Shown here: positions 47,201 to 64,000 of the stretch, one piece after another
Layout of the letters: the number at the start of each line of letters is the position of its first letter
How positions within the stretch are numbered: the first letter of the stretch is position 1
Assembly: GCF_009914755.1 (NCBI RefSeq)
Contig: NC_060925.1
Direction: 5' to 3' (one strand)
Source: the human T2T-CHM13v2.0 reference genome, Homo sapiens
DNA length: 64,000 bases
Notes under the pieces: generated by a model
What the model saw: only the letters and a program-made list of their open reading frames with translations
Told to the model about the DNA's origin: nothing
Database searches by the model: none
Position numbers and translations under genes: made by a program

Positions 47201-48862
47201 TAGTATTAGCAGAAAGATAACCGTTAAATGAATGGAACAGAAGAGAGAGCCCAAAATTAAGCCCACACAAATACAGATCTTTGATGAGGGTACCAAAAAT
47301 ATACAATGGGAGGCCAGGTATGGTGGTTCATATCTGTGATCCCAGCAGTTTGGGAGGCTGAGGCACATGGATTGCTTGAGACCAGGAGTCCAAGACCAAC
47401 CTGGGCAACATGGTGAAACCATCTCTACAAAAAATTAGGCAGGTGTGATGGTACACACCTGTGCACCAAGAGGCTGAGGTGGGAGGATCACCTGAGCCTG
47501 GGAAGTCGAGGCTAGAGTAAGCTGTGATCACATCACTGCACTCTAGCCTGGGTAACAGAGCAAGACCCTGTCTCAAAAACGAACACACACACACACACAA
47601 ACCCCACAATGAGGAAAGAGCAGTCTCTTCAACAAATGGTGCTAGAAAAACTGAATATTCACATGCAAAAGAATGAAACTGGACCCTTATCTTACGCTAC
47701 ACACAAAAACCAACTAAAAATGGATTAAAGATTTAAACGTAAGACCTAAAACTATAAAACTCCTAGAAGAAAATATAAGGGAAAAGTTTCATGACTTTGG
47801 TCTTGGCAATGATTTTGTGAATATGACACCAAAAGCACGGGAAACAAAAGGCAAAAATAGACAGGTGGAACTACCAAAAAGCTCTGCACAGCTAAGGAAA
47901 CAGAGTGAAAGGCAATCTACAGAATGGGAAAAACCATTTGTATACCAAATAACTGATAAACAGTTAATTTCTAAAATATATAAAGAATTTCTACAACTCA
48001 ATAGCAAAAAACCCAATTTAAAAAATAGGCAAAGGATCTCAATAGACATTTCTTCAAAAAAGACATTCAAAAGTAGGTAACAAGTATTAGAAAAAATGTT
48101 CAATATCACTAATCATCAGGGCAATGCAAACTGGAATCACAATGAAATATTACCTTACACCTGTTAGGTTATCTATCATTGAAAAAAAGAGACATCTAAG
48201 TGTTGGCAAGGATGTGAAGAAACTGGAACTCTTGTACACTGTCAGTGAGAACATAAAATGGTGTGGACTTTATGAAAAACAATATGAAGATTACTCAAAA
48301 AATTTTTAAAAAGTACTATCATTATGATTCAGAAATCCTACTTCTGGATATTTATCCAAGAGTTGAAATCAGGATCTCAAAGGGATTTGCACTCCACATT
48401 CATTGCAGCATTATTCACAATAGCCAAGATGTGGAAACAACCTGAATGTTCATCAGCGAATGAACAGATTAAGAAAATGTGGTATAAACATACATCAAAA
48501 TATTATTTGGCCTTAAAAAAGGAAATCCTGTCATATGCAACAATACGGATAAACCTTGAGGACATTAAGCTAAGTGAAATAAGCCAGTCACAAATGGACA
48601 AATACGAGACGATTCCACTTACATGTGGTATGTATCTAAAGTAGCAAGCTTGTAGAAGTAGAGAATAGAACAGTGTTTGTCAGGGAGTGGAAGTAGGAGG
48701 AAATGAGGAGTTGCTATTCAATGGATATAAAGTCTCAGTTCTGCAAAATGAATAAGATCTAGAGATCTGATATACAGCATGTGCCTATAGTTAAGTATGT
48801 GTTGTAAAATTATAAATTTAAGAGGGTAGATCTCATGTTAAATGTACTTACTAAAAAAGAGA
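44271..48862 (+). mobile_element. Old L1 (L1MA-type 3' end) with 5'UTR, internal deletion and decayed ORF2
   Basis: 5' acatcagcaagatgg, ORF1 remnant near 45100-45310, ORF2 remnants (ORF track 45990..46400, 47817..48644), L1MA 3'UTR; candidate TSD aaa(t/a)aagtaac. Confidence 0.88.
47312..47600 (+). mobile_element. AluJ with (CA)n tail inside the L1MA
   Basis: J diagnostics ggattgcttgag, ctgggcaacatggtg, gtcgaggct, agaccctgtctc; TSD about acaatg(g/a)g. Confidence 0.9.
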
Positions 48863-48981
48863 AAAAAAGTAACGGTAGACCAAAATAAAGGCATTTTTAA
48901 AATAAATACTCAGTTTATCACAAGTCTAATTCTTTTGCTTCAAGAAAAGTATTATAGAAAACTAAGAACTTATTAAGCAAC

Positions 48982-49351
48982 TGATATGGTTTGGCTGTGT
49001 CCCCACCCAAATCTCGTCAACAACTGTCATCCAAACTGTAATCCCCATGTGTCGAGGGAGGGACTTGGTAGGAGGTGACTGGATCATGACAGCAGTTCCC
49101 CCATGCTGTTCTCGTGATACTGAGTGAGTTCTCATGGGATCTGATGGTTTTAAAAGGCAGTTTTCCCTGCTCTTACACACTCTTCCTCTCTTCTGCTATG
49201 TAAGACATACCTGCTTCCCCTTCCACCATGATTATAAGTTTCCTGAGGCCTCCCCAGCCATGGAGAACTGTGAGTCAATTAAACCTCTTTCCTTTATAAA
49301 TTACCCAGTCTTGGGTATTTCTTTACAGCACTGTGAAAATGGACTAATACA
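48982..49351 (+). mobile_element. THE1-family MaLR solo LTR (THE1C/D-like)
   Basis: tgatatggtttggctgtgtccccacccaaatctc...ggactaataca; perfect TSD gcaac. Confidence 0.92.
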
Positions 49352-49624
49352 GCAACTAATTCAGTCTAACTCATTGCTTCAATAAAATTATTGAACTGAA
49401 CTAAATAACTTATTAAGCAACTGTAAGTACACGAAGAAAGAATTAGACTCTAGGTAACCTTTCCTTCTTAAAAACAGAACTAATAATGGCTACCGCTGGC
49501 CAGAGAAACATAAGAAAATATGTGTCAGTGAAATACTTTGGTCCTAGAATATTTTTTGAGACTGTAAACTAAGATAATGGAGAGACTACAGGTTTTAGAA
49601 TCAGAAATATCTGGGTTCAAAATA

Positions 49625-49900
49625 CTGATTATTTTATTTATTAACAGTCACTTATATGACACCACATGCCAGGCATTGTTTTAAGTGTATTACAAATATT
49701 AACACATTATATTAACTCATTTAATCCTCATAACAACTTCATGTGGTAAGTACTGTTATGACCCTCACTTTACAGATTAGATGAAGAAACCAAGATCCAT
49801 GGTGACTACATAACTTGACAAAGCTCAAACAGCTAGTAAGTGACAGAGCCATAATTTGAACACAAGTAGTCTGGTGACAGAGTTTTTGCCCCTGGGTCAA
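49625..49900 (-). mobile_element. MIR SINE
   Basis: atgccaggcattgttttaagtg...actcatttaatcctcataacaac...tttacagat...cagctagtaagtgacagagcc. Confidence 0.75.
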
Positions 49901-52900
49901 TAATTTAGTCTCTAGGAGTCTCAGATGCATCTGTAAAACTAAATTAAAGCAGTGAATTGTCAAGTTAAAATGTGATAATTCTTGCAAAGCAGCCATTCCA
50001 GGACTCAGAACATAGTGGACACTATTTCTACCTTCCTTTCCCCTGGTGAGCAACTGGAGGCCTATGGTAATTGCAAAATGCTATGTTTGGTCCTAAGTGA
50101 TGATGTCATGAATTTACAAGAAGGTTCTAGTACAATCCAGAGAATATAAATGTATATGAATATGCATTAAGGAACATATTGAGAAAGAATTTGCTACTAT
50201 TAAATTATAAATTCAGTGGGATATGATATTCATAAAGAATACAGCAGTATAAAAATTGTTCTTATAATTTCACCATTTCCCAATGCCAAAACAATACTAG
50301 AGAAATATGTATAAATAGATCTAGACCAAGTAAAAGCCTAACTGTACCGTTACCTGTAGCCAACGTTTTCATTAGAAATGCAAAGATGAAAAGTATCTCT
50401 GAATTTTGCTGTCTGTATTCACTAGACACTCCAACAAAGCTCCTGTTAGCCATCACCCCCTTCCAAAGGTAAATCCTGACACTGAATGAATCTGAATCTT
50501 TTTTTAGGAAACCATTAACACCCTACACTTGTCCCAGTCATTGTAGCATCCTCTCCTGTATTCCACATAGACATGTGATAGGTAAAATAATCATCTGAGA
50601 CAATACTACAAAGGATTGTGGCAGGGGGAGCTGGGCTCCTACAGCTAGAAAAATACACTGAGGCTGTTATAAGATGTAAAGGGACCAAAACAGATATAAA
50701 AATGATCATTATTTTAGAAGCAATACTGCAGAAAACCAAAATTGTTTCCAGCAGGCAAATATAAGATGGAAAGTTCCCTTTCAGAAATGAATGTACCTCC
50801 ACTTTGGGAGAGGGAAACCTTACTGTCTATGAGAGCTTTGCCAAGTTACTTAACTCCTCCATCCCTCAGGTTTACCTATACCTCACAGGGTTGTTATGAA
50901 GATCAAAAGAATAAATACATGTAATACACTCAGGACAGTGCCCAGCACATTAAAAATGTTATTGATTATTATACACTACAATCATCATTGTCATCATCTA
51001 CCAGAAACTAGTTCATTTCAGTCTCACATACCTCCACAGGTTCATCATTTTCCAATATTGCTGATGGCATCACTTCTTAAAGCTCATTTTATTTTGTAAC
51101 CCACTTATTCTCTAAACAACATTTTTCCAGGAAATAATTTAAAATTGCTCTTTTCCAACTAAATGCAACATAATCTTGAGATAATTTCAGCTAAGCCATT
51201 CTCAGCATTTGCCAATCCCTCACACCAAGAGAAAACTTATCAAAAATACTTCATGTGCTCCAACATAAAAATGAAAGACATATGTTGGTCATTTAATCTT
51301 AATTTTTTGCTCAATTTTCTGCATCTTTTGATTGCCAGCAGGTCATTTCACCAATCAATATAATAAATTAAGTTTTAATAAATTTTCATGTTACTTTTTT
51401 CCCTCTATCTTAGGTAAAGTTTTATCATAAGACTCAACAGCTGAAATCATAGCAATGAAAAATCAGATGAATACACACAAGCCTGTCTCATTTTTCTGGG
51501 TGATAAAATTAAGTTCCAAATAATGTATGCATTATGAAAGTTACTTTACAACATACCTATTAAATAAGATGGTCTCCTTACTTACTGATTCTTTTCTTTC
51601 TTAAAAGAATCATTAAGCAAAGAACCTAAAACAGTAACCCAAATAAAACGCAAAGATACTTTGCTGTGATGAAAGCTCAGAATACTAACCTGAAAAATAA
51701 GAACTAAGGGTCTTCCTACTAACTAGGTATAGGTTATTAGATAAATCACTTTACATCTTTAGACTCTGGTTTTCTTATCTGTAAAATGAGAAGGTAGATT
51801 AAATTAGCTCCAATTTTCTTTCCTGCTCTAAAAGTCTATGATTCTACAAGGTACTATTTTAAATAAAGTTTAGAATTTGAAATTTTCTCATTTCTGTGAT
51901 GAAAAATAGATTTTGCTTATTACCTAATGCCCTCACTAGATGGTGCTATTGGCACAGTTATCTCAGGTTACTTGAGGAAACTAGCAGGCCACGTTTCCCA
52001 AAAGGGCCACTTAACAGGCTTTGGGGATTACTCCCAGTGAGTGCTTTCCAGGCCACTATAGGATATTTATTATCCCCTTTTCCCTCACATTAAACATCAA
52101 TAATTCCCCCCACTTCCCCAATAACTATGACAATCAAAAACAATCATACACCATGTCATCCTAGAAGGCTAGCCCAGTTCAGAACCACTAAAAGAATATC
52201 AGTTTTCTTTTCCAAACTTAAGAAACTGTTACGAAAAAATTAAAACTGATAGTTTAGTTGCTTGTGAAATTTTTAAAAAGTCATTTCTATAATGACTGCA
52301 AAGTGTCAAAAGCTCTTTACAGTGACAAATGAATATTCATACCCCAAAAGATCAAATACTTAACAGGACCTCTTTTGTCAGCTGAAGACTGAACAGCTTG
52401 TTATTCTATGCTTAATTTACATGTTGGTCTTACCAGTGATTATTAATTCTATATTAATCATTCTGATAATTTATATAACGACAAATGCCTTCCAAATGAA
52501 AAATTAAAAGAACTCCTATAAAAACATAAATTTGCACAATAAAATCACTCATAGCCAGTAGCAGAGGAGCAGCAGAGAACCCTAGGGAAAGTGGGCTGCC
52601 TACTTTGAAAGAGGCTTCATGAGTAACATCGTTTTTGTGAATTTTGCACGTTGAAACCTCATAAATCCAATGGGACTGCATATGACCAATAGAACCATCT
52701 CTCAGAAATAGTTCCCAGTAACCAAGCTCACAAGATTGACATAAAATCAGAATGCCAACTTCTTAATTTACAGAGATAACTACAGCTGCCCAAACCAGCA
52801 AGAGCACATGCATCTATGTCCTTGGGTCAGGACTTTCTCTCCCTTTTAGGCATGCTACAGAGGAAGCCAGGCTGTAATCAGAAGGTTGCCTAGGAAGGAG

Positions 52901-53850
52901 AGAATTAGGAAAAGGAGGATTATGTTGACATGATTTGAATGCTACAATGGCAAGAAGTCAAGGGAGTCTGATGCATCAAGGTCCAAAAAAAGGATACAAG
53001 CCACAAATAAGAATCAAGTCCAGGATACCCAAAATAACTCTTTGATGGAAGTACTATCATGATTCTCACTAGTCAGACTACAAAACAGATTTGAAGAGGT
53101 TAAGTGATTTGCTACAGTCATGTGGAGGAGACAAGAGCTCAAACACACATCTGGACTACTGAACCCAAAGTCCTGACCCCTATGCTAGACAAGGTGTAAA
53201 ATCCTTAAAATTGCTAATAAAGAAGTTTCTGCCTATCCTTCAGTTTTATCTGTTGCCATTGGTGCTCTTGAATTCTGTTGACATTTTAACCACAACAAAT
53301 TTTCAATTCCTGGAATAAGCCATTGTTTCTCTTGCCTTTGAACACACCATGCCAAACACTACACCTATCAACATCTTCATCAGGATAATTACTATTTATC
53401 TTTCAGATCTCCATTTTATCTATTTCTTTCTCAGTCTAATCCCAAGACTAAGTTTTCCTATGTAATTTGATGTAACTTGAGAGATCCCTCAAGTTACATC
53501 TCTGCTACATTCTCCCATGGAATGAATGTTTCCTGTATCTCCAATTCATAATACTTCAAACTTTGTTAAAATTATTTATTAAATTTCTGTCTCTTGAATT
53601 CTAATGTCATGAAGATATTATGTATCCCTATAATCTGGAAGTTAATTACATTCAATTAATAAATGAAAATCATCATAATGGATCAGAGAAGAGCTAGCAC
53701 CTAGGTCTGTAAGATCAAACTGTCTTCTGATTGTATTAATGTTAAATGTCAATCCAAAGTAGGGGATTGGTCAGGTGAGAAAGGGAAAAGTCTGGAGGAA
53801 AATTCTGGTCAATGTCTTCTTAAAGCCTTATCTTAAGAAAGTGAGTATCA

Positions 53851-54130
<280 letters not shown>

Positions 54131-54140
<10 letters not shown>

Positions 54141-54368
54141 GAGGAGAGGGGAGAGGGGAGAGGGGAGAGGGGAGACGGGAGAGGGGAGAGGGGAGACGGG
54201 AGAGGGGAGAGGGGAGAGGGGAGAGGGGAGAGGGGAGAGGAGAGAGGAGAAGAGAAGAGAAGAGAAGAGAAGAGAAGAGAAGAGAAGAGAAGAGAAGAGA
54301 AGAGAAGAGAAGAGAAGAGAAGGGAAGAGAAGAGAAGGGAAGAAAAGAAAAGAAAAAAGAAAAGAGAA
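54131..54368. repeat. Compound polypurine repeat (GAGAGGG)n then (AGAAG)n, expanded Alu tail
   Basis: About 238 nt that is all A/G except two C. Confidence 0.95.
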
Positions 54369-55974
54369 TATCATCATAGCTTACTGGATCTGTTTCTTAC
54401 TTGTGGCAGGGTGGAGAATGGAATGGAGGGGAGTAGGACTGGAGTCAATGAAAGCTATCATGAGCCTGCTACAGAAGTTTAGGTAAAAGATGCTAGTACT
54501 GGAGATGGGAACATACTGAGATATATTTTATAGATAGAACTGCCAGGACTTGGTGAAAAAATTAAGAGTAAATGATAAAGAACGAATATCTTTATCTATA
54601 AACCCTGGAGGACTCCAGGGTTTTTTTTCCAAAAGCAACTGAATAGAGGGTAGTATATTCATTGGGAAAAGGGAGACCAGAAGAAAAACACATGTAGGGA
54701 GAAATTAAGAATTTAATATTGAACATACTGGGTTTGAGATAATGTATCTGTGAAATAAAGAAGAGGAGATAGCAGACAGTCCTTTTAAGATAAATGATTA
54801 AAAGACACGAGCTCTAAGAATTTTAATTATATTAAGTGTATGAGATAGGTCCAATACTGTTCCTATCCTACAGATGAGAAAAGTTGAGGCACAAAAAGGA
54901 TAAATAACTTGATCATAATCACACAGCTAGTACTCTCTCTGGGAAAGCAGATTCTCAAACTTGGCAGTATAGTTCCAGAGTTCATGCATTATCTCTACAC
55001 TTATTGCTCGCTTCTTTGGCAATTGATTGATTACCCCACACTGCAGAGACCCCAGAAAGGTTTAGTATTTGACTTCCAAGAAAGAAAGGTTGAGGTATAA
55101 GGGTCATAACAGAGAATTTTTAAAAGTCTCCACAATGAATGGGAAAACCCTACTCCCTTTTCCACTGCCAATCCTCAAACACTGACAAACCAGTTTACTT
55201 GTTTTTTATTTTTGTGGGCACTTGGTAGGTTATATATTTAGGGGTTACATGAGATATTTTGATAGAGGCATGAAATGTATAGTAATCACATCAGGGTAAA
55301 TGGGGTACATCCAACAGCCAGTTTTTACAGGATTCATCTGCAGACACGTGAATGACCACAGAGGAAAGGCCAATATATATTCTATGGGAAGCTTCCCCAA
55401 AGAAAGAGCTAGATCGCTGTCCTACAATCTTACAGTAGAGCTCATCATCCCAGCCTATGCAAACTCACCTCAGGCTCTGAATGAGTGAAGAGATCTGCTA
55501 TGCTCTAAGTGACCACTTAGCACAGAGAATACCTCTGATGGAAAAAAAATATATATCATTCAGAGCCAACAGAACTGTTTATATGAAACATCCAGCATTC
55601 AATCAAAAATAAGCAACGATGCCAACAAACAAGACCAAAGCCAAAAACAGACAACAGAAACGGACCCAGCTATAATACAGAGATTAGAGTTAAGAAACAT
55701 GAATTTTTAAAAAAATATATGATTAACATATTCAAGAAAATATAAACAAAGAAACATATGACAAAATGGAGAATTTCACCAGAGAAGTGAAATTTATAAA
55801 AGAGCATCAAAGGGATATTCTGGAATGAAAAGACAAAGTAACTGAAATTTAAAACTCAAATACGAATTTAATGTAGAACAAATACAGCTAAAAATAAGAT
55901 TAATGAACTTCAAGATAGGTAGTGGAAAACACATTCTGATACATGGACAGTCAGAGGTTAAGTGATTAGCCTAT

Positions 55975-56232
55975 TGCATGTTCTCACTCATAAGGGGGAG
56001 CTAAACATTGACTACACATGGACACAAAGATGGGAACAACAGACACTGGCAACTACCAGAGGGAAGGGGGAAGGAGGGGAGCAAGGGATGAAAAACCACC
56101 TTTTGGGTACCATGCTCACTACCTCGGGGAGAGGATCATTTGTACACCAAATCTTAGCAACGTGCAATTTACCCACGTAACAGACCTGCACATGTACCCT
56201 GGAACCTAAACGTTGAAAAAAATAAAAAATAA
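55975..56232 (+). mobile_element. Old L1PA/L1PB 3' end fragment
   Basis: gcatgttctcactcataag...acctgcacatgtaccctggaacctaaa. Confidence 0.8.
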
Positions 56233-58139
56233 AAGAGCAAGCCACAGAATGAAAGAAAACACTTGCAAGACACATATCTGACAAAGAACTTGCACCTAGC
56301 ACTTATGTGAAAAACTCCTACAACTCAAGAATAAGAACACAAACTTCCTTGCCCAATTTGAAAATGGGAAAAATATCTGAGAAGATAATTCACAAAGGAA
56401 TATAAATGAAGTGCCAATAGACACATAAAAATGTTCCACATTATATAAATAATTACAAATAAGAAATGCAAATTAAACAAATAGACTAACTTTTCCCCAA
56501 AAAAGGGCAAAGATAAAAACAACAGCAATGTTCTGTTTACAAGGGCTACACACACAAGAACACAGGAGGTTTGAAAATCAGAATATTAAAGATTTACCAT
56601 GCAAGCACTAACTGAAAGAAAGCTGAAATAACAATACTAAAAGGAAAAAGTGGACATTAGGCAAGAAGTATTACTAGAGACAGTGATTTTATTGCAAGAA
56701 AAGGACCAATCCACTAGGAAAATCTAACAATCTAACAAGTATGTATATTAAAGATACTTTTAAGATGTACACGGCAAAAATTAATAGCCCTAAAAGGAAA
56801 AAAGAAAAATCTACAACCATAATGAAATATTACCAAACCTCTCTTGATAACTACAAAAAAAAGGAAAAAAAATCAGCAAGAATATAGAAGATCTGAAACA
56901 ACAAAATTGACACACTTGGCAAAACTGACATCCACAGAACACCACCCGCAATGGCAGGATTCACTTTCAAGTGCACGTCATTTTGACAAAATTGATCACA
57001 TCCTGAGCCACAAAGCAAGACCCAACCCTTTTCAAAGGATTCCAGTCATTCAGTATATTATCCAATCAGAGTGTAACTAAGCTAGAAATCGAAAACAAAA
57101 GGTAACTTTAAAATCATCAAATGTTCAAAAACTAAGCAATATACTTCTAAATAACCCATGGGTCAAAGAAGAAACCACAGCGAAAACAAGAATACATTTT
57201 AAACTGAAGAAAAAATAACATATCAACCCTTGCAACATGACAAGTAAAGATGCTCTCAGAGCAAAATGTACGGCCTTAAATGTATGTACTAGAAAAAAAA
57301 AAAGAGTTTAAAATAAATGATAGTAGTATTCATCTTAAGTTAGGGAAAGAACCACATATGAAACCCAAAAAATGAATGCAGAATAAAATAATGAAAAAAA
57401 ATGGTAACCGACATAACAGAAAACAATTATATAATAGAGACAATAAGCAAACCCAAAAGATGGTTTTGAAAAGATTGATGAAAGTGATAAAATCTAGCAA
57501 AAAAAAGACAAGACAAAGAGCACCAATATTAACAAAGGGGACATTTAAAAGATACATGTAAAATAACAGGTATCCTTCAGACATTAAAATATAATAAGAG
57601 TATATTAAAACAACTTCATGCCAATGATTTTGAAAATTAAACAAAAATTCCTAGAAAAACTACAAAAACTGAAACAAGAAATAGAAAAATCTGAATAGTT
57701 CTATATCTATTAAAGAGACTGAATCCATAATTAAAGACAAACTCATGAAGAAATCTTCAGGCCCATATGGCTTTACCCAGGAATTCTCCAAACGTTTAAA
57801 AAATAAATATAGCTAATCTTACAAAAACTCTTCTGGAGAAGAGAAAATGAAGAACACTTCCCTGATCAATTTTATGAGGCCAGCATAACTTTGATTCCAA
57901 AACCTGACAGGACATTACAAGAAAAGAAAATTCTAGGCGACTATCTCCTTTGAACATAGGATAAACATTCTAAACTAAGCATTAAACCAATTCTAGCAAT
58001 ATATTAAGGGATAATTGACAAAATTAGGTATATTTCCCCAAAAATGCAACTTAACTTTAAAAAAAATTAATGTAATTTGCCCAATAACAGATTAAAGGAG
58101 AAAAATCATATAATCATCTCAATACAGGCAGAAAATGCA

Positions 58140-58300
58140 GGGGGAAGGAGAACATCAGGAAGAATAGCTAATGGATGCTGGGCTTAATACCTAGGTGATG
58201 AGTTGATCTGTGCAGCAAACCACTGTGACACATATTTATTAATGTAACAAACCTGCACATCTGCACATGTACCCTGGAACTTTAAAGTTGAAGAAAAAGT
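58140..58300 (+). mobile_element. Short L1PA (older subfamily) 3' fragment
   Basis: ggaagaatagctaatggatgctgggcttaatacctaggtgatg...; perfect TSD gcagaaaatgca at 58128-58139 and 58301-58312. Confidence 0.88.
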
Positions 58301-58545
58301 GCAGAAAATGCATTTGATAAAATTTAATATATATACATAATTTTTTTAAATCTTAGGATATTAGAAATGGAAGAGAAACTCTTTCATTTGATAAAAAAGT
58401 ATCTATAAAAAGCTTACAACAAACATCATAATGGTGAAATACTGAATGCTTTCTTGCCCCTAAGATCAGGGAGATACAAAGTTGCCCATCACCAACTTTG
58501 TACTAAAGTTTTTGGCTATTGCAATAAAGCAAAAATTAAAAAGTA

Positions 58546-61334
<2,789 letters not shown>

Positions 61335-63223
61335 TATACAGATTGGAAAGGAAGAAATAAAGGTTGCTGGGTACAAGGTCAATTATAAAATCAATTGTAT
61401 TTTTATATACAAGCAATTTACTTTAAAAATGACACTATTTATCATGACATCAAACACTTAGCAATAAATCTAACAAAAGATGTGTAATTCCTACATACAA
61501 AAAAATTTCAAAACATCGAGAAAAATTAAACATCTAAACAAACTGGAAAATATATCATATTTATGGATGGGAAGAATCAATACTACAGACACTAGTCAAG
61601 TGTCCCCAAATTCATGTATAAATGCAATGCAATTCCAATCAAAACCCCATGTGTTTTTCTATGTATGTATAATTTAATAAGCTATTTCTAAAATGTATAT
61701 AGAAATGCAAAGATCCAAGAAGAGTCAAATCAATTCTGCAGAACAACACTGGAGGACAGAAGCTTCAGGTATCAACACTTACTACAAAGTTATAGTGATA
61801 ATATGGTACTGGCTGAAACATAAACAAGCCAATGGAACAGAATAGTGTGTCTAGAAAGAGACCCCAGATATACTCCCACCTTTATGACAAAGAGACACTG
61901 AAGTCTGGTGAAAAAAAGGTGACTTTTTTCCATAAACAGTGCTGAGTCTATTAGCTATCCATAGGGGAAAAAAAAGATGTTGCCCTCTTCCTCATATTAT
62001 ATATTTTAAAAATAGTAAAGTTTATTAGAAATAAAGCAGGAATAACTTACTGAGATAAACAAAGATTTCCTAACCAGAACACAGAACACACTTAACATAT
62101 AGGGAAAATCTGACAGACTGGAGTACATGAAAATTAGGAAATTCTTAATACAGCCAATCTGTGGCCCCCTTATGTGGGAACTTCTTAGTGCACGCAGTCT
62201 GATAATTCACTTAATCACATTTATTTAACATTCAAAGAACTGATTTTGCTTTTGTGAAGGAGTAATACCTTGATTTATGAAATTAAATCCATAAAACTTA
62301 TGAGAGGTTCAAATAAAATGATTAATAGTTTTAATAACTACCAGAAACATAACAAAGGATCAATTAAAACTTGAATTTAATATGTGAAGTGGCATTGCTT
62401 TCACTCATTTTTTTAAAATGCAGTTTTACTTCTAATCTTAAATGCTACTAATAACACTCAGTTATCACAGGTGATTAAAAATAGCTGCCAGGTGCCCTGT
62501 TAAGTAGACAGGAACAAAGTCAACTTAAATAAAAGTAAAGGCCCAGAGCTGCTCTCTATGGCTAGCAAAAAAAAAAAAAAAGCCATCTGCTACAACAAAA
62601 ATAACCTAAATGTCTGTTCGCCTACTGTTTATTTAAATGGTAGAAAATCAGTTTGCTTAGCCAAGATCATAGCTACAACAGGATCAACCTATCTTCAAGT
62701 GGGGGAAAACAACTACCTATCAACCTGTTTACTCAAAAAGCCTCCTTAGATCAGAGAAGCAAGGGGTAAAATATTGGAGTACTGGAGTAAAATAAAGAGA
62801 TAGCATTAGCTTTCCAGAGGGACAAATGTTAAAAGGCCAGAGGGGATGACACATTACATAACCAAATGTTTTAAAATTTCAATTTGTATGTTTCATGTCT
62901 ATGATCAAAAAATTTACACACGCAAAAAATTATTTCCAATCAAGAACTGACTTTCTTTTAATAGAACCTGATAATTACTATAATCTTATGGATTCTGTCT
63001 AAGGCATAATACAGCTTCAAATATAGAAGGGAATTGAGACTCTTCAGTTATACATTCTTTCAAGGTCCATAATCTTCAAATTTCTAGATTAACAGAAATT
63101 ACATAAAGGGCTAATACAGTCCAACTCTCATTCTCTGCTTATGCCAAGCCTCATTAAAATAACACACGTTTATCTTTCAGCCTGGGAAGGGCATTATGTA
63201 TTCTCAACTACTAAACACTTTAC

Positions 63224-63298
63224 CTTTGCAGCAAGCAGTAGTCCAATTTTGTCAGCTTCGGCCTCCAATTTTCTGCTGTATGGTCTATTAAACATATA
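63224..63298 (-). CDS. OMA1: OMA1 internal coding exon (third from last), 75 nt, [25 protein letters not shown]
   Basis: Minus-strand acceptor ttcttcttag|TAT and donor AAG|gtaaag; contains the M48 peptidase YSRxxExEAD motif carrying the third zinc-ligand Glu. Confidence 0.95.
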
Positions 63299-64000
63299 CT
63301 AAGAAGAAATGACAGAAAAGCTCCATTAAGACAATTTATTTCACGAAAAAAGGAGTAACACAGAGAGATTTTTAAAAAACAGTTTCATGGAGTATCTAGG
63401 ATAAAATTCCTATACTGTCTACTAACATTAAAATAACTCCATGATATAAAATATAAACACAGCCTTTATTTCCCTGATTAGAAATACTTTAAAAAATGAT
63501 AAGGATATAAGTCATGCCTATAAATTTCTTGACAGTCTGTAGTATAAGGAATTTACTTCTATTTTTCCAATTATAGTCTCCACCTACTGAGTACAGGATT
63601 CACTAAGAAAGCTTATTGATGAAGGCTTTTTAATATGGTCAAGGAATATTTTGACCTTGAGTTTTAAAAGAAAATCAAGAAAACGTAGGCATATAATATC
63701 CAATGACACTACTAGACAATTTATTTCAGTAAAAAAATTAACCATATAGCAGAATGCTCTTTCTTTGATAAATTATCTTAATTTCCTTTTTCTTTTCTAA
63801 GTATTGATTAGTTGGGAAAATGAAATTTTCTTCTGACTTCAATAAAAAACACACATAGATACAGTAACTTTAATTTTCCTAATTACTTGTATTTATGTGA
63901 ATGCTTTCCAGTTAAATTCTAATTTTCAGTAAGTACTAAAACTTTGTAGGAGATGAATCAATAGGCAGGACTTTTGAGAAAAGAGCTATTAATTGGGGAA

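Noticed and set aside
48967-49422. 16-bp repeat aacttattaagcaact on both sides of the THE1 LTR
   Set aside because: The true TSD is gcaac; the second copy lies about 55 nt beyond the LTR and looks like an older local duplication
54600-54628. Rho-independent terminator-like stem plus T-run
   Set aside because: Eukaryotic intron; bacterial terminator logic does not apply

Overview
Primate (almost certainly human) genomic DNA, repeat-rich. The only protein-coding gene I can support is OMA1 (mitochondrial M48 zinc metalloprotease) on the minus strand. Its last three coding exons are here (63224-63298, 42006-42155, 16903-17112), all phase 0 with canonical GT-AG sites, plus a 3'UTR AATAAA at 16675-16680. 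A candidate alternative terminal coding exon at 9811-9906 would replace the Cys-containing C-terminus. The rest is intron and flank filled with transposons: a full-length but dead L1PA4-like element with an AluY in ORF1, an older internally deleted L1MA, a near-complete Tigger2 nested in an old L1 and itself hit by an AluY, about 11 Alus (one young, Yb-lineage), MaLR/ERV LTRs, MADE1, MIR/L2 and microsatellites. I see no wholly new gene system. The best leads are transposon-driven ways of changing the OMA1 3' end: the distal exon enclosed by inverted Alus, an L1 antisense promoter with an extended ORF0 pointing at the last exon, a sense L1 polyA signal just before the penultimate exon, and an Alu splice acceptor behind a ~240-nt pyrimidine tract. 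Repeat subfamily names and literature links are from recall and need RepeatMasker/database confirmation.
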